59,943 bases of DNA, filler included, from 4 parts of 4 records of this genome joined end to end with filler, not necessarily neighbours in it; one strand, 5' to 3'. Numbered from the whole stretch's first letter, positions 1-9,139 are shown. The notes: generated by a model from the letters alone, not told the origin. Made by a program: numbers and translations.

Positions 1-1
1 T

Positions 2-466
2 CTGGGCTATGGCCTGTCGGGTGATGCCTATCACATCACCGCGCCATCCGAGGATGGTGAGGGCGGCGAGCGGTCCATGCGGGCGGCGTTGCGCTCTGCC
101 GGGCTTGAGCCGAAGGACATCGACTATATCAACGCGCACGGCACATCGACGATGGCCGATACCATTGAACTGGGCGCGGTTGAGCGGATGATGGGCGCAG
201 ATGCGGGCAAGGTGACGATGTCATCGACCAAATCCGCGACGGGTCACCTTCTGGGTGCAGCGGGCGCGATTGAGGGGATATTCTCGATCCTTGCGATCCG
301 TGATCAGGTGGCGCCGCCAACGATCAACCTTGATAACCCGGCGGTCGAAACGCCGATTGATCTGGCCCCCAACAAGAAGGTGGAGCGCGAGATCAACGTG
401 GCGCTGAGCAATTCCTTCGGCTTTGGTGGCACCAACGCAAGCGTTCTGTTTGGGAAAGTCAAATAA
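2..466 (+). CDS. fabF: 3-oxoacyl-ACP synthase II, 5'-truncated by window edge
   Basis: Frame open from position 2 (LGYGLSGDAYHITAP); INAHGTST, KSATGHLLGAAG and SNSFGFGGTN motifs. Confidence 0.95.
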   Translation: MGYGLSGDAYHITAPSEDGEGGERSMRAALRSAGLEPKDIDYINAHGTSTMADTIELGAVERMMGADAGKVTMSSTKSATGHLLGAAGAIEGIFSILAIRDQVAPPTINLDNPAVETPIDLAPNKKVEREINVALSNSFGFGGTNASVLFGKVK

Positions 467-1650
467 TGTGGCGACACATCGCGTCTAACGCGGTCACGTT
501 CCTATCGGTCCTGCTGTTCCTTGTGGGGGGCGTGATCCTTTGGGGTAAGGGGCAGTATCAGGCGGAAGGGCCGCTGACGCAGGCGATTTGCCTGCAGGTC
601 GAACGCGGATCGAACATGCGTAAAGTGAGCCGCAACCTTGCCGAGCAGGGTGCGGTGAGTTCTGCGGCGATCTTTCGGATCGGGTCGGATTATCAGGAGA
701 AAACCTCCCAACTGAAAGCGGGCAGTTTTCTGGTGCAGCCGGGCACGTCGATGGCGGAAATTGTCGATGTGATCACCAAAGGCGGGGCCAGCACATGTGG
801 CACCGAAGTGGTGTACCGGATCGGTATCAACCGTGTGTCAGTGCAGGTGCGTGAGCTTGATCCAGCCACCAACCGGTTTGTCGAGCGGGTGGAGTTTAGC
901 CCCGCCACCGATGAGGTGCCGGAGTTGTTCACCCAGACCACCGCCAAGGGCGACACGCGGTTTCGCATTGCGATGGCCGAAGGTGTGACAAGCTGGCAGG
1001 TGGTGGAGGCGCTGAACGGGATTGAGGTTCTGGACGGCGAGATTACCACGCAGCCGCCCGAAGGATCGCTTGCGCCCGACAGTTATGAAGTGCGGCCCGG
1101 CGATGATCGGTCTGAGGTGATTGCCCAGATGCAGGACGCGCAGGAACTCTTGGTTTCTGCCGCATGGGAGGCCCGTGACCCGGATCTGCCCATCGAGACA
1201 CCAGAGGATTTGCTGATCCTGGCCTCGATTGTGGAAAAGGAAACCGGCGTGCCCGAAGAACGGCGGCAGGTGGCCAGCGTATTTGTGAACCGTCTGAACC
1301 AGGGCATGCGTTTGCAAACGGACCCGACGGTCATTTACGGCATCACCAAGGGGCAGGGCATTCTTGGGCGCGGCTTGCGCCGGTCTGAGCTGCGCAAGGC
1401 AACCCCTTGGAATACCTATGTGATTGAAGGTTTGCCGCCAACACCGATTGCCAATCCCGGACGGGCCAGCCTGATGGCAGCCGCGCAGCCGGACGAGAGC
1501 CCGTTCATCTTTTTCGTGGCGGATGGCACTGGCGGTCACGCCTTTGCCGAGACCCTGGATGAGCACAACCGGAACGTGGCCAAGTGGCGTGTGATCGAAG
1601 CGGAGCGCGGCGCGGCAGCTGCGGGCAATACCTCGACAGGCGGCAACTAG
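466..1650 (+). CDS. mltG: Endolytic transglycosylase MltG (YceG family)
   Basis: N-terminal TM; LASIVEKET, RLQTDPTVIYG, PWNTY..GLPPTPIANPG, FFVADGTGGH motifs; follows fabF. Confidence 0.95.
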   Translation: MWRHIASNAVTFLSVLLFLVGGVILWGKGQYQAEGPLTQAICLQVERGSNMRKVSRNLAEQGAVSSAAIFRIGSDYQEKTSQLKAGSFLVQPGTSMAEIVDVITKGGASTCGTEVVYRIGINRVSVQVRELDPATNRFVERVEFSPATDEVPELFTQTTAKGDTRFRIAMAEGVTSWQVVEALNGIEVLDGEITTQPPEGSLAPDSYEVRPGDDRSEVIAQMQDAQELLVSAAWEARDPDLPIETPEDLLILASIVEKETGVPEERRQVASVFVNRLNQGMRLQTDPTVIYGITKGQGILGRGLRRSELRKATPWNTYVIEGLPPTPIANPGRASLMAAAQPDESPFIFFVADGTGGHAFAETLDEHNRNVAKWRVIEAERGAAAAGNTSTGGN

Positions 1651-1680
1651 GCGCGTCGGGCCGCTTTGGCGTGCGTTTGG

Positions 1681-1735
1681 GTAAGGTGTTGTTAACACTG
1701 TTATTCTTGACTTTGCGCACGGTCTGATCTATAGA
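1681..1735 (+). promoter_or_regulatory. Putative GTA cluster promoter with CtrA-like box
   Basis: GTAA-N7-TTAAC at 1681-1696 (one mismatch to CtrA TTAA-N7-TTAAC); TTGACT 1707-1712, 17 bp spacer, TATAGA 1730-1735. Confidence 0.6.
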
Positions 1736-1761
1736 TTTTGTCACGCTAGCAGACGTGAACG

Positions 1762-1800
1762 AACGGCCCCGAGGGACACCTCGTGGGCCGTTTTGCGTTT
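1762..1800 (+). terminator. Intrinsic terminator-like hairpin in the GTA leader
   Basis: AACGGCCC-CGAGG-gaca-CCTCG-t-GGGCCGTT followed by TTGCGTTT, between the putative promoter and g1. Confidence 0.6.
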
Positions 1801-1838
1801 GATTGGTCGGGAATTCCTTACAAGAGGTTTGCGCGACA

Positions 1839-2183
1839 ATGACAGTAATCACCCCGGACGAAGAAATTGCGCATGGTGTTGAGATCCTTGACGCCTTGCG
1901 GGCCGCAATTCGGGTGTTGCGGCAAGAGATCGAAGGCCAGACGCAAACGGCCCGATCTGGGGAGGATATCGACAAGACACAGATGGCGAAGCAACTGCGC
2001 GACATGCAGGGGCTGGTGACGCAATGCACAAAGGCGGAGATGTTTCTGAATGACTGTAGAAATCGACAAGCGGGAATCGCAAGGGCAGGCCATGCCCTCG
2101 ATCTGGAGCAAGCAAGGGCTGATATCGGGTGCAAACTGGATCGCCTGCGCAGATGCAGCGGTGCAGGCCGAATTTCTGGATGA
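1839..2183 (+). CDS. GTA small terminase subunit (g1-like)
   Basis: 114 aa helical ORF directly upstream of and overlapping the large terminase; C-terminal ALDLEQARADIGCKLDRLR resembles the g1 C-terminus; ATG 1839 after AGAGG. Confidence 0.8.
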   Translation: MTVITPDEEIAHGVEILDALRAAIRVLRQEIEGQTQTARSGEDIDKTQMAKQLRDMQGLVTQCTKAEMFLNDCRNRQAGIARAGHALDLEQARADIGCKLDRLRRCSGAGRISG

Positions 2184-3462
2184 CCTAAGCGCGGGGGAGC
2201 TGATGGCGCTGCCCTATTTGTTCGAGTTCTGGGCGTTGCCGCATCAATTGCCGCCGGAGGGCGCGTGGCGGACCTGGGTTGTGCTGGGCGGACGCGGAGC
2301 GGGCAAGACCCGTGCGGGTGCGGAATGGGTGCGCAGCATGGTTGAAGGGGCACGGCCTCTGGACAAGGGGCGGTGCCGCAGGGTGGCCTTGGTGGGCGAG
2401 ACCATTGAACAGGTGCGCGAGGTGATGATTTTTGGTGACAGTGGCATACTGGCTTGTTCGCCGGATGATCGCAAACCCGATTGGGAGGCCTCACGGAAAC
2501 GCTTGATCTGGCCCAATGGCGCGGTGGCGACAGTGCACACGGCCCATGACCCCGAAGGGCTGCGCGGCCCGCAGTTTGATGCCGCCTGGGTGGATGAACT
2601 GGCCAAGTGGAAGCGCGGGCAGGAGGCTTGGGACCAGTTGCAATTTGCGCTGCGGCTTGGGGATGATCCGCGGGTCTGCGTGACGACGACGCCGCGCAAT
2701 GTGGATGTCTTGAAAAAGCTGCTCAAATCCCCGTCGACGGTACAGACCCATGCGCCGACGGAGGCGAATGCAGCCAATCTGGCAAGTTCTTTCATGGAAG
2801 AGGTGCGGGCAAGGTATCGCGGCACGCGGATGGGACGGCAAGAGCTGGACGGGGTGTTGTTGTCTGATGCGGAAGGCGCCCTGTGGACCAGCGAGATGTT
2901 GGAGCAAGGCCGTCTTGAAGCCCCGCCTGAGTTTGACCGGATTGTTGTCGGGCTTGACCCCTCCATCAGCAGCGGAGCCAGCGCCGATGAATGCGGCATC
3001 GTGGTGGTCGGCGCGACGACGCAGGGGCCAGTGCAGGATTGGCGGGCGGTTGTTCTGGCCGATTGCACGGTGCAGGGGGCCAGTCCGGGCGCATGGGCCA
3101 AGGCCGCCATTGCCGCGATGGAGCAGTTTGGCGCGGACCGTCTGGTGGTGGAGATCAACCAGGGCGGGCAGATGGTCAGCGAGGTTTTGCATGGCGTGGA
3201 TCCGATGCTGCCCATCAAGGCGGTGCATGCCAGCCGCGGCAAGGCAGCGCGGGCAGAACCGGTGGCCGCCCTTTATGAGCAGGGGCGGGTGCGCCACCTG
3301 CGCGGGCTGGATGCCCTAGAGGACCAGATGTGCCGGATGACGGCGCGGAGCTATGAGGGTGGCGGCAGCCCGGACCGGGTGGATGCGCTGGTCTGGGCCA
3401 TTCACGAGCTGATGATCGCGCCTGCGGCCAAGTGGCGGGCACCGGGGGTGCGGACCTTGTGA
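2092..3462 (+). CDS. GTA large terminase (g2)
   Basis: Walker A GGRGAGKT, LRGPQFDAAWVDELAKW, TTTP and SPDRVDALVWA; start uncertain (2050, 2092 or later). Confidence 0.95.
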   Translation: MPSIWSKQGLISGANWIACADAAVQAEFLDDLSAGELMALPYLFEFWALPHQLPPEGAWRTWVVLGGRGAGKTRAGAEWVRSMVEGARPLDKGRCRRVALVGETIEQVREVMIFGDSGILACSPDDRKPDWEASRKRLIWPNGAVATVHTAHDPEGLRGPQFDAAWVDELAKWKRGQEAWDQLQFALRLGDDPRVCVTTTPRNVDVLKKLLKSPSTVQTHAPTEANAANLASSFMEEVRARYRGTRMGRQELDGVLLSDAEGALWTSEMLEQGRLEAPPEFDRIVVGLDPSISSGASADECGIVVVGATTQGPVQDWRAVVLADCTVQGASPGAWAKAAIAAMEQFGADRLVVEINQGGQMVSEVLHGVDPMLPIKAVHASRGKAARAEPVAALYEQGRVRHLRGLDALEDQMCRMTARSYEGGGSPDRVDALVWAIHELMIAPAAKWRAPGVRTL

Positions 3463-3637
3463 GGGATCTCTGTGCGGCCAGCGCCGCGCCGGAGTTTTTC
3501 TTGCCAAATGAAGTGGGGGGGGAGGCGCGAAACGAGGTGTTGCGCCAAGCGGCGCACGGTCTGGTTTCGCGGTCTTAACCTTTTGTTGGCAGGTTCTGTT
3601 TGCGCCGGTTGGGGCAGAGCGAATGAGGAGTGACGTG

Positions 3638-4813
3638 ATGGTTTTGGATTTCCTGCGGCGCGGGGCGGCGGCAGAGGCACCGGCGCAGAAGGCATCGGCC
3701 ACCGGACCGGTTGTGGCCTATCAGACCTCGGGCCGGGTTGCCTGGAGCCCCCGCGATACGGCGAGCCTGACGCGGACCGGGTTTTGCGGCAATCCTGTCG
3801 GGTTCCGGTCGGTCAAGCTGATTGCCGAGGCGGCGGCGGCCTTGCCTTTGGCGGTGCAGGATGCGGCGCAGCGATATGAGAGCCATCCGATTGCGGCGCT
3901 GCTCGCGCGGCCCAATGGGGCGCAGGGACGGGCCGAGCTTCTGGAGGCGCTCTATGCGCAGTTGCTGTTGAGCGGCAATGGCTATGTGGAGGCTGTGGGA
4001 GACGCCGGGGTTCCGGCGGAGTTGCATGTGTTGCGATCGGACCGGATGTCGGTGGTGCCGGGGACGGATGGCTGGCCGATGGCCTACGAATATGCTGTTG
4101 GCGGGCGCAAGCACCGGTTTGATCTGCGCGGTGACCGAGATCCGATTTGCCATATCCGCAACTTTCATCCGCAGGACGATCATTACGGGTTCAGCCCGAT
4201 GCAGGCGGCGGCGATGGCGTTGGATGTGCACAATGCCGCATCGCGGTGGTCGAAGGCCCTATTGGACAATGCAGCGCGGCCTTCGGGGGCGATTGTGTAC
4301 AAGGGCGCAGAGGGCCAGGGCAAGCTGAGCGAGGATCAGTATGACCGGCTGGTGAGCGAGATGGAGAGCCATCATCAGGGCGCGCGCAATGCCGGGCGGC
4401 CGATGTTGCTGGAGGGTGGTTTGGATTGGAAACCCATGGGCTTTTCCCCCTCCGACATGGAATTTCAAAAGACCAAAGAGGCCGCGGCGCGGGAGATAGC
4501 GCTGGCCTATGGTGTGCCGCCGATGCTGATCGGGGTGCAGGGGGATGCGACCTATGCCAACTATCAGGAGGCGCACCGGGCCTTTTACCGGTTGACGGTG
4601 CTGCCATTGGCGACACGGGTGACGGCGGCTTTGGGGCATTGGTTGTCCGGTCTGTCGGGCGAGGCGGTGGAGGTCAAGCCGGATCTGGATCAGGTGCCCG
4701 CCCTGTCTGCGGAGCGGGATGCGCAATGGGCGCGGGTGGCGCAGGCGGAGTTCCTGAGCCAGGCTGAAAAGCGCCGGATGCTGGGGCTGCCTGCGGTGAT
4801 GGCCGATGAGTGA
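3638..4813 (+). CDS. GTA portal protein, HK97 family (g3)
   Basis: LLARPN, GNGYVE, LRSDRM, NAARPSGA, LLEGGLDWK, REIALAYGVPPML motifs; GAGGAG RBS at 3625-3630. Confidence 0.95.
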   Translation: MVLDFLRRGAAAEAPAQKASATGPVVAYQTSGRVAWSPRDTASLTRTGFCGNPVGFRSVKLIAEAAAALPLAVQDAAQRYESHPIAALLARPNGAQGRAELLEALYAQLLLSGNGYVEAVGDAGVPAELHVLRSDRMSVVPGTDGWPMAYEYAVGGRKHRFDLRGDRDPICHIRNFHPQDDHYGFSPMQAAAMALDVHNAASRWSKALLDNAARPSGAIVYKGAEGQGKLSEDQYDRLVSEMESHHQGARNAGRPMLLEGGLDWKPMGFSPSDMEFQKTKEAAAREIALAYGVPPMLIGVQGDATYANYQEAHRAFYRLTVLPLATRVTAALGHWLSGLSGEAVEVKPDLDQVPALSAERDAQWARVAQAEFLSQAEKRRMLGLPAVMADE

Positions 4814-5030
4814 GCTGCCGGCATATGAGCGGTTTGAATGCGCACCGGGGCTGCGGTTGCAGGCGCATGAGCGGGTGAGCGCGATCCATCATGAAAACCT
4901 GCTGCGGCGGCTGGACCGTCTGGAGGACATGATGGAGCGGATGGAACGGCGGCTTTGGCTGACGGTTTATGGGGTGGTTGCGGTGATCCTCGCGCAGGCG
5001 GTGCAGAGCTTTCTGGTGGTGACGCCTTAA
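4806..5030 (+). CDS. Small GTA protein (g3.5-like), coiled coil plus C-terminal hydrophobic segment
   Basis: FECAPGLRL...RLDRLEDMMERMERRLWLTVYGV; sits between portal and protease. Confidence 0.8.
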   Translation: MSELPAYERFECAPGLRLQAHERVSAIHHENLLRRLDRLEDMMERMERRLWLTVYGVVAVILAQAVQSFLVVTP

Positions 5031-5053
5031 GCGCAAATTTCGAAGGAGCAGTC

Positions 5054-5692
5054 ATGGAATATGATGGAATGCGCTTTGGCCTTGGGCCGGAGCATGGGGA
5101 AGATTTGCCCGGTGCAGGGTGTGGCTTGGAGCGCAAGTTTGCGCGGTTTGGCAGCGCTGAAGTGGTCGAGGGCGGCGTACAGATCAGCGGATATGCAAGC
5201 CTGTTTGATGCCGCAGATCAGAGCGGGGATGTGGTGCAACGCGGTGCCTATGGGCGGAGCCTGAAGGGGCTGCGGGAGGCGGGGCGCAGCGTCAAAATGT
5301 TGTGGCAGCACGATCCATCCGAACCCATCGGCATTTGGGATGAGGTGCGCGAGGACGCCAAAGGTCTGTGGGTCAAGGGGCGCATTCTGGACAGCGTGGC
5401 CAAGGGGCGCGAAGCCGCGGCCCTGATTACAGCGGGGGCGATTGACGGATTGTCGATTGGATACCGGACTGTAAAGGCCAGCAAGACGGCCAAGGGGCAG
5501 CGCCTGTTGGCGGAACTGGAGCTTTGGGAGGTGTCATTGGTGACCTTTCCGATGCTGCCGAATGCGCGGGTCGGGGCAAAGGCAGAGGACAGGCAAGGCG
5601 CCGCAGACATGCGGCAGATGGCAGGGATCTTTGAAGGGGCGCGGCGTGATCTGCGCCGGATCAGGCAACGAGGGATCGAGGAAAACAAATGA
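5054..5692 (+). CDS. GTA prohead protease, HK97 family (g4)
   Basis: GYASLF, MLWQHD, GLSIGY and ELWEVSLVTFPM motifs; AAGGAG RBS at 5043-5048. Confidence 0.93.
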   Translation: MEYDGMRFGLGPEHGEDLPGAGCGLERKFARFGSAEVVEGGVQISGYASLFDAADQSGDVVQRGAYGRSLKGLREAGRSVKMLWQHDPSEPIGIWDEVREDAKGLWVKGRILDSVAKGREAAALITAGAIDGLSIGYRTVKASKTAKGQRLLAELELWEVSLVTFPMLPNARVGAKAEDRQGAADMRQMAGIFEGARRDLRRIRQRGIEENK

Positions 5693-6858
5693 GCGAGAGC
5701 AAGATGATGGGCGGCGATCTGCCCCCGGCGGAGGAAGTGCGGCAGGCCGTGAACGGGTTTGTCACGGAATTCAAAGGCTTCCAGTCCGAAATCGAAACGA
5801 AACTGCAACAAACAGAAGAGCGAATGACCATGTTGGACCGCAAGATGACACTTCCTGCACGCACCCCGCTGAGCGCGGCAAATGACACTGCCGCGCCGCA
5901 TCAGGTGGCCTTTCAGGCCTATCTGCGCAATGGCGATGATGATGGGTTGCGGGGGTTGGAGCTGGAGGGCAAGTCGATGTCCACGGCTGTCAATTCGGAT
6001 GGGGGTTATCTGGTCGATCCGCAGACATCGGAACGGGTGCAATCGGTGCTGAACACCACGGCGTCGATCCGGGCGATTGCTGCGGTGGTGCAGGTTGAGG
6101 CGACATCTTATGACGTTTTGGTGGATCATACGGATGTCGGTGCAGGATGGGCAACTGAGACAGATCCGACCGTTGAAACGGACACGCCGCAGATTGACCG
6201 GATCACGATTGCGCTGCACGAGTTGAGCGCTTTGCCCAAGGCCTCGCAGCGATTGCTGGATGACAGTGCCTTTGACATCGAAGGCTGGTTGTCGGGGCGG
6301 ATTGCGGACAAGTTTGCGCGGGCTGAGGCCGATGCCTTTATCAATGGCGACGGGATCGACAAGCCCAAGGGGCTGATGGCGCATACGGCGGTGGACAATG
6401 CGATCTGGAGTTGGGGCAACCTTGGCTATGTGCCAACGGGCCTGGACGGAGATCTGACGGCGGATGCGATTGTTGATCTGGTTTATGCGTTGGGCGCCCA
6501 GTATCGCGCCAACGGGTCTTTTGTGATGAATTCCAAGACCGCCGGTCTGGTGCGCAAACTGAAGGATGGCGATGGCCGGTTCATGTGGTCTGACGGTCTG
6601 GCGGCGGGGGAGCCTGCGCGTTTGATGGGCTATCCTGTGTTGGTCGCCGAAGACATGCCGGACGTGGCAAGCGATGCGATGGCGATTGCCTTTGGTGATT
6701 TCAACGCAGGTTACACCGTGGCGGAGCGCCCTGATCTGCGCATCCTGCGCGATCCGTTCAGTGCCAAGCCGCATGTTCTGTTTTATGCGACCAAGCGAGT
6801 TGGCGGCGATGTAAGCGATTTTGCGGCCATCAAGCTGTTGAAATTTGGTCTGGCTTAA
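5689..6858 (+). CDS. GTA major capsid protein, HK97 fold (g5)
   Basis: DGGYLVDPQTS, ASQRLLDDSAFD, FINGDG..KPKG, LRILRDPFSAKPHVLFYATKRVGG. Confidence 0.97.
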   Translation: MSESKMMGGDLPPAEEVRQAVNGFVTEFKGFQSEIETKLQQTEERMTMLDRKMTLPARTPLSAANDTAAPHQVAFQAYLRNGDDDGLRGLELEGKSMSTAVNSDGGYLVDPQTSERVQSVLNTTASIRAIAAVVQVEATSYDVLVDHTDVGAGWATETDPTVETDTPQIDRITIALHELSALPKASQRLLDDSAFDIEGWLSGRIADKFARAEADAFINGDGIDKPKGLMAHTAVDNAIWSWGNLGYVPTGLDGDLTADAIVDLVYALGAQYRANGSFVMNSKTAGLVRKLKDGDGRFMWSDGLAAGEPARLMGYPVLVAEDMPDVASDAMAIAFGDFNAGYTVAERPDLRILRDPFSAKPHVLFYATKRVGGDVSDFAAIKLLKFGLA

Positions 6859-7016
6859 GCCGGAGCCAAAAGCGGGGCCGGGGCATTTGCCCCGGTCCGG
6901 GCGCGTGACCAATGACCTGCATTGCCTAGCAGTACCCATCCGACCAAGCGATGCGGGGGGCCGCGCGTCCGGGCAACAGATCGGTCGTGCCAATTGCGAT
7001 TTTTCGGAGAGTTTCC

Positions 7017-7610
7017 ATGATGTTGATCGAAGAGACACCTGTCGCGGATGCGGCCTTGCCGGTAGAGGCCTTTAAAGCGCATTTGCGGCTTGGCAGTGGC
7101 TTTGGTCAGGACGGGTTGCAAGATGTGGTGTTGCTATCCTTTTTGCGTGCCGCTTTGGCGGCGATTGAGGCCCGCACTGGTAAGGCGTTGCTCACACGCG
7201 GTTTTGTTTGGACAGTGAACCATTGGCGCGACGATGCGGCGCAGCCGCTGCCGATCGCGCCGGTGACGGGGCTGACAGATGTGACGGTGATCGCGGGCAA
7301 TGGTGTGGAGATTGCCGTGGGTCCGGCGCTGTATTGGCTGGAAGCGGACATGCATCGCCCTTGTTTGCGCAGTACGGGAACGGCCCTGCCGGGCATTCCT
7401 GCGGGCGGGGCGGTGCGGCTGCGGTTTGATGCCGGAATGGGTGCCGGTTGGACCGATCTTCCGGCGGATTTGCAGCAGGCGGCGCTGATGTTGGCGGCGC
7501 ATTACTATGAGTATCGCAACGACACCGGGCTCAGCGAGGGATGCATGCCCTTTGGGGTCAGCAGCCTGATCGAGCGGTACAAGACCATTCGCATTGGGGC
7601 AGGCGCATGA
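7017..7610 (+). CDS. GTA head-tail adaptor (g6)
   Basis: LPVEAFKAHLRLG, AAIEARTGK, LPADLQQA.LMLAAHYYEYR; GGAGA RBS at 7006-7010. Confidence 0.9.
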   Translation: MMLIEETPVADAALPVEAFKAHLRLGSGFGQDGLQDVVLLSFLRAALAAIEARTGKALLTRGFVWTVNHWRDDAAQPLPIAPVTGLTDVTVIAGNGVEIAVGPALYWLEADMHRPCLRSTGTALPGIPAGGAVRLRFDAGMGAGWTDLPADLQQAALMLAAHYYEYRNDTGLSEGCMPFGVSSLIERYKTIRIGAGA

Positions 7611-7945
7611 GCGTGCCGGTTTTGTCCCATGCCCTGATCCTTGAAGGGCCGGAGCGGGTGAGTGATGGCGCGGGAGGCTATGCCGAGGGCTGGATCGCCC
7701 TTGGCACCCTTTGGGCGCAGATCACATCCCGCACAGGCCGGGAAACGGCGCAGGGCGGTGCGCCGGTGAGCCGGGTATCACACCGGATCGTGGTGCGCGG
7801 CGCGCCTTATGGCAGCCCTGAACGGCCCAAGCCGCAGCAGCGTTTTCGCGACGGAGATCGGGTGTTTGTCATTCAGGCCGTGGCGGAGTGGGATGGTGCG
7901 GGTCGTTACCTGACCTGCTTTGCCGATGAGGAGGTGGTGGTATGA
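7607..7945 (+). CDS. GTA head closure/stopper protein (g7)
   Basis: DGAGG..W..LGTLWA, RPKPQQRFRDGDRVF; ATGA overlap with g6. Confidence 0.88.
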   Translation: MSVPVLSHALILEGPERVSDGAGGYAEGWIALGTLWAQITSRTGRETAQGGAPVSRVSHRIVVRGAPYGSPERPKPQQRFRDGDRVFVIQAVAEWDGAGRYLTCFADEEVVV

Positions 7946-8352
7946 GTTTTGCACTTTCCGGGCCGTTGCAGGTGGCGATTTATGACGCCTTGCGGGCAGA
8001 TCCCGCAGTGACGGCCTTGGTGGGCGATGCGGTTTATGACGCGGTGCCGTCGGGGGCTTTGCCGGAGCTTTACGTACGGCTTGGCAGTGAGACGGTTGAG
8101 GATGCATCAGATTGCAGCGGTGCGGGTGCGGTGCATGTCGTCACGGTTTCGGTGATCACCACGCGGCCGGGCTTTGCCGATGCCAAGGCGGCAGCAGGCG
8201 CGGTCAGCGATGCGCTGCATGATGCGGATCTGACATTGAGCCGGGGGCGATTGGTAAGCCTTTGGTTTGAAAAGGCCAAGGCGCACCGGATCGACGCGGT
8301 ATCGGCACGGCAGATTGATATGCGGTTTCGGGCAAGGGTCGAGGACGGCTAG
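7942..8352 (+). CDS. GTA tail terminator, DUF3168-like (g8)
   Basis: LQVAIYDAL..D..V..LVGDAVYDAVP; AVSDALHDA; position in cluster. Confidence 0.88.
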   Translation: MSFALSGPLQVAIYDALRADPAVTALVGDAVYDAVPSGALPELYVRLGSETVEDASDCSGAGAVHVVTVSVITTRPGFADAKAAAGAVSDALHDADLTLSRGRLVSLWFEKAKAHRIDAVSARQIDMRFRARVEDG

Positions 8353-8396
8353 GGCCGTACTTCGGCAAATTTACGGACAATCACAGGAGATACGAC

Positions 8397-8822
8397 ATGG
8401 CTGTTCAAGCAGGCAAAGACCTATTGGTCAAAATCGACATGACAAGCGACGGGCAGTTCGAGACCGTTGCGGGCCTGCGGGCCACGCGGATCAGTTTCAA
8501 CGCGGAAACGGTGGATGTGACCGCGCTGGATAGCGAAGGGGGCTGGCGCGAGTTGCTGGTCGGGGCGGGCGTGCGATCTGCAGCAATCAGCGGGTCAGGT
8601 GTGTTCAGGGATGCGGGTACGGATGAGCGGGCACGGCAATTGTTCTTTGATGGGCTGACGCCGGATTTTCAGATCATCATCCCCGATTTCGGCGTGGTGC
8701 AGGGCCCGTTTCAGGTGACGGCGCTGGAATATGCTGGGGCGTTGAACGGCGAGGCGACCTATGAGCTGAGCTTGCAATCGGCGGGCATGCTGACCTTTAC
8801 CGCAGATGTGGTGGTGGTCTGA
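8397..8822 (+). CDS. GTA major tail tube protein, TP901-1 family (g9)
   Basis: MAVQAGKDLLVK, VAGLRATRISFNAETVDVT, GWRELL, IPDFG..GPFQ; AGGAG RBS. Confidence 0.93.
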   Translation: MAVQAGKDLLVKIDMTSDGQFETVAGLRATRISFNAETVDVTALDSEGGWRELLVGAGVRSAAISGSGVFRDAGTDERARQLFFDGLTPDFQIIIPDFGVVQGPFQVTALEYAGALNGEATYELSLQSAGMLTFTADVVVV

Positions 8823-8824
8823 GC

Positions 8825-9139
8825 ATGGCGAACCGGTGGCGCGGGGAAGTGGCCCTGACGGTCAATGGCCAGCGCCACCTGGCGCGGCTGTCCTTGGGCG
8901 CTTTGGCGGCGTTGGAGGAGACGCTGGAGGTCGGATCGCTTGTGGCGCTGGTCGAACGGTTCGAGACGCGGGCGTTCTCCAGCCGTGATGTGCTGGCCCT
9001 TTTGGGAGCTGGGTTGCGCGGCGGCGGCGTGCAGATCAGCGACGCGGAATTGGCTGAGGCCGAGATCGAAGGTGGCCCGGTGGCGGCAGCCAAGGCGGCG
9101 GCTGAGTTGCTGGCGCGGGCGTTTGTGGTGCCGGAGTGA
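8825..9139 (+). CDS. GTA tail assembly chaperone (g10)
   Basis: MANRWRGEV, LSLGALAALEE, LVERFE, AAELLARAF. Confidence 0.88.
   Translation: MANRWRGEVALTVNGQRHLARLSLGALAALEETLEVGSLVALVERFETRAFSSRDVLALLGAGLRGGGVQISDAELAEAEIEGGPVAAAKAAAELLARAFVVPE

Noticed and set aside
5248-7038. 596-aa antisense ORF, and other long shadow ORFs such as 8759-10060, 23708-25030, 28007-29491 and 38557-39864
   Set aside because: They lie opposite well-supported genes, have no motifs, and are expected in high-GC DNA
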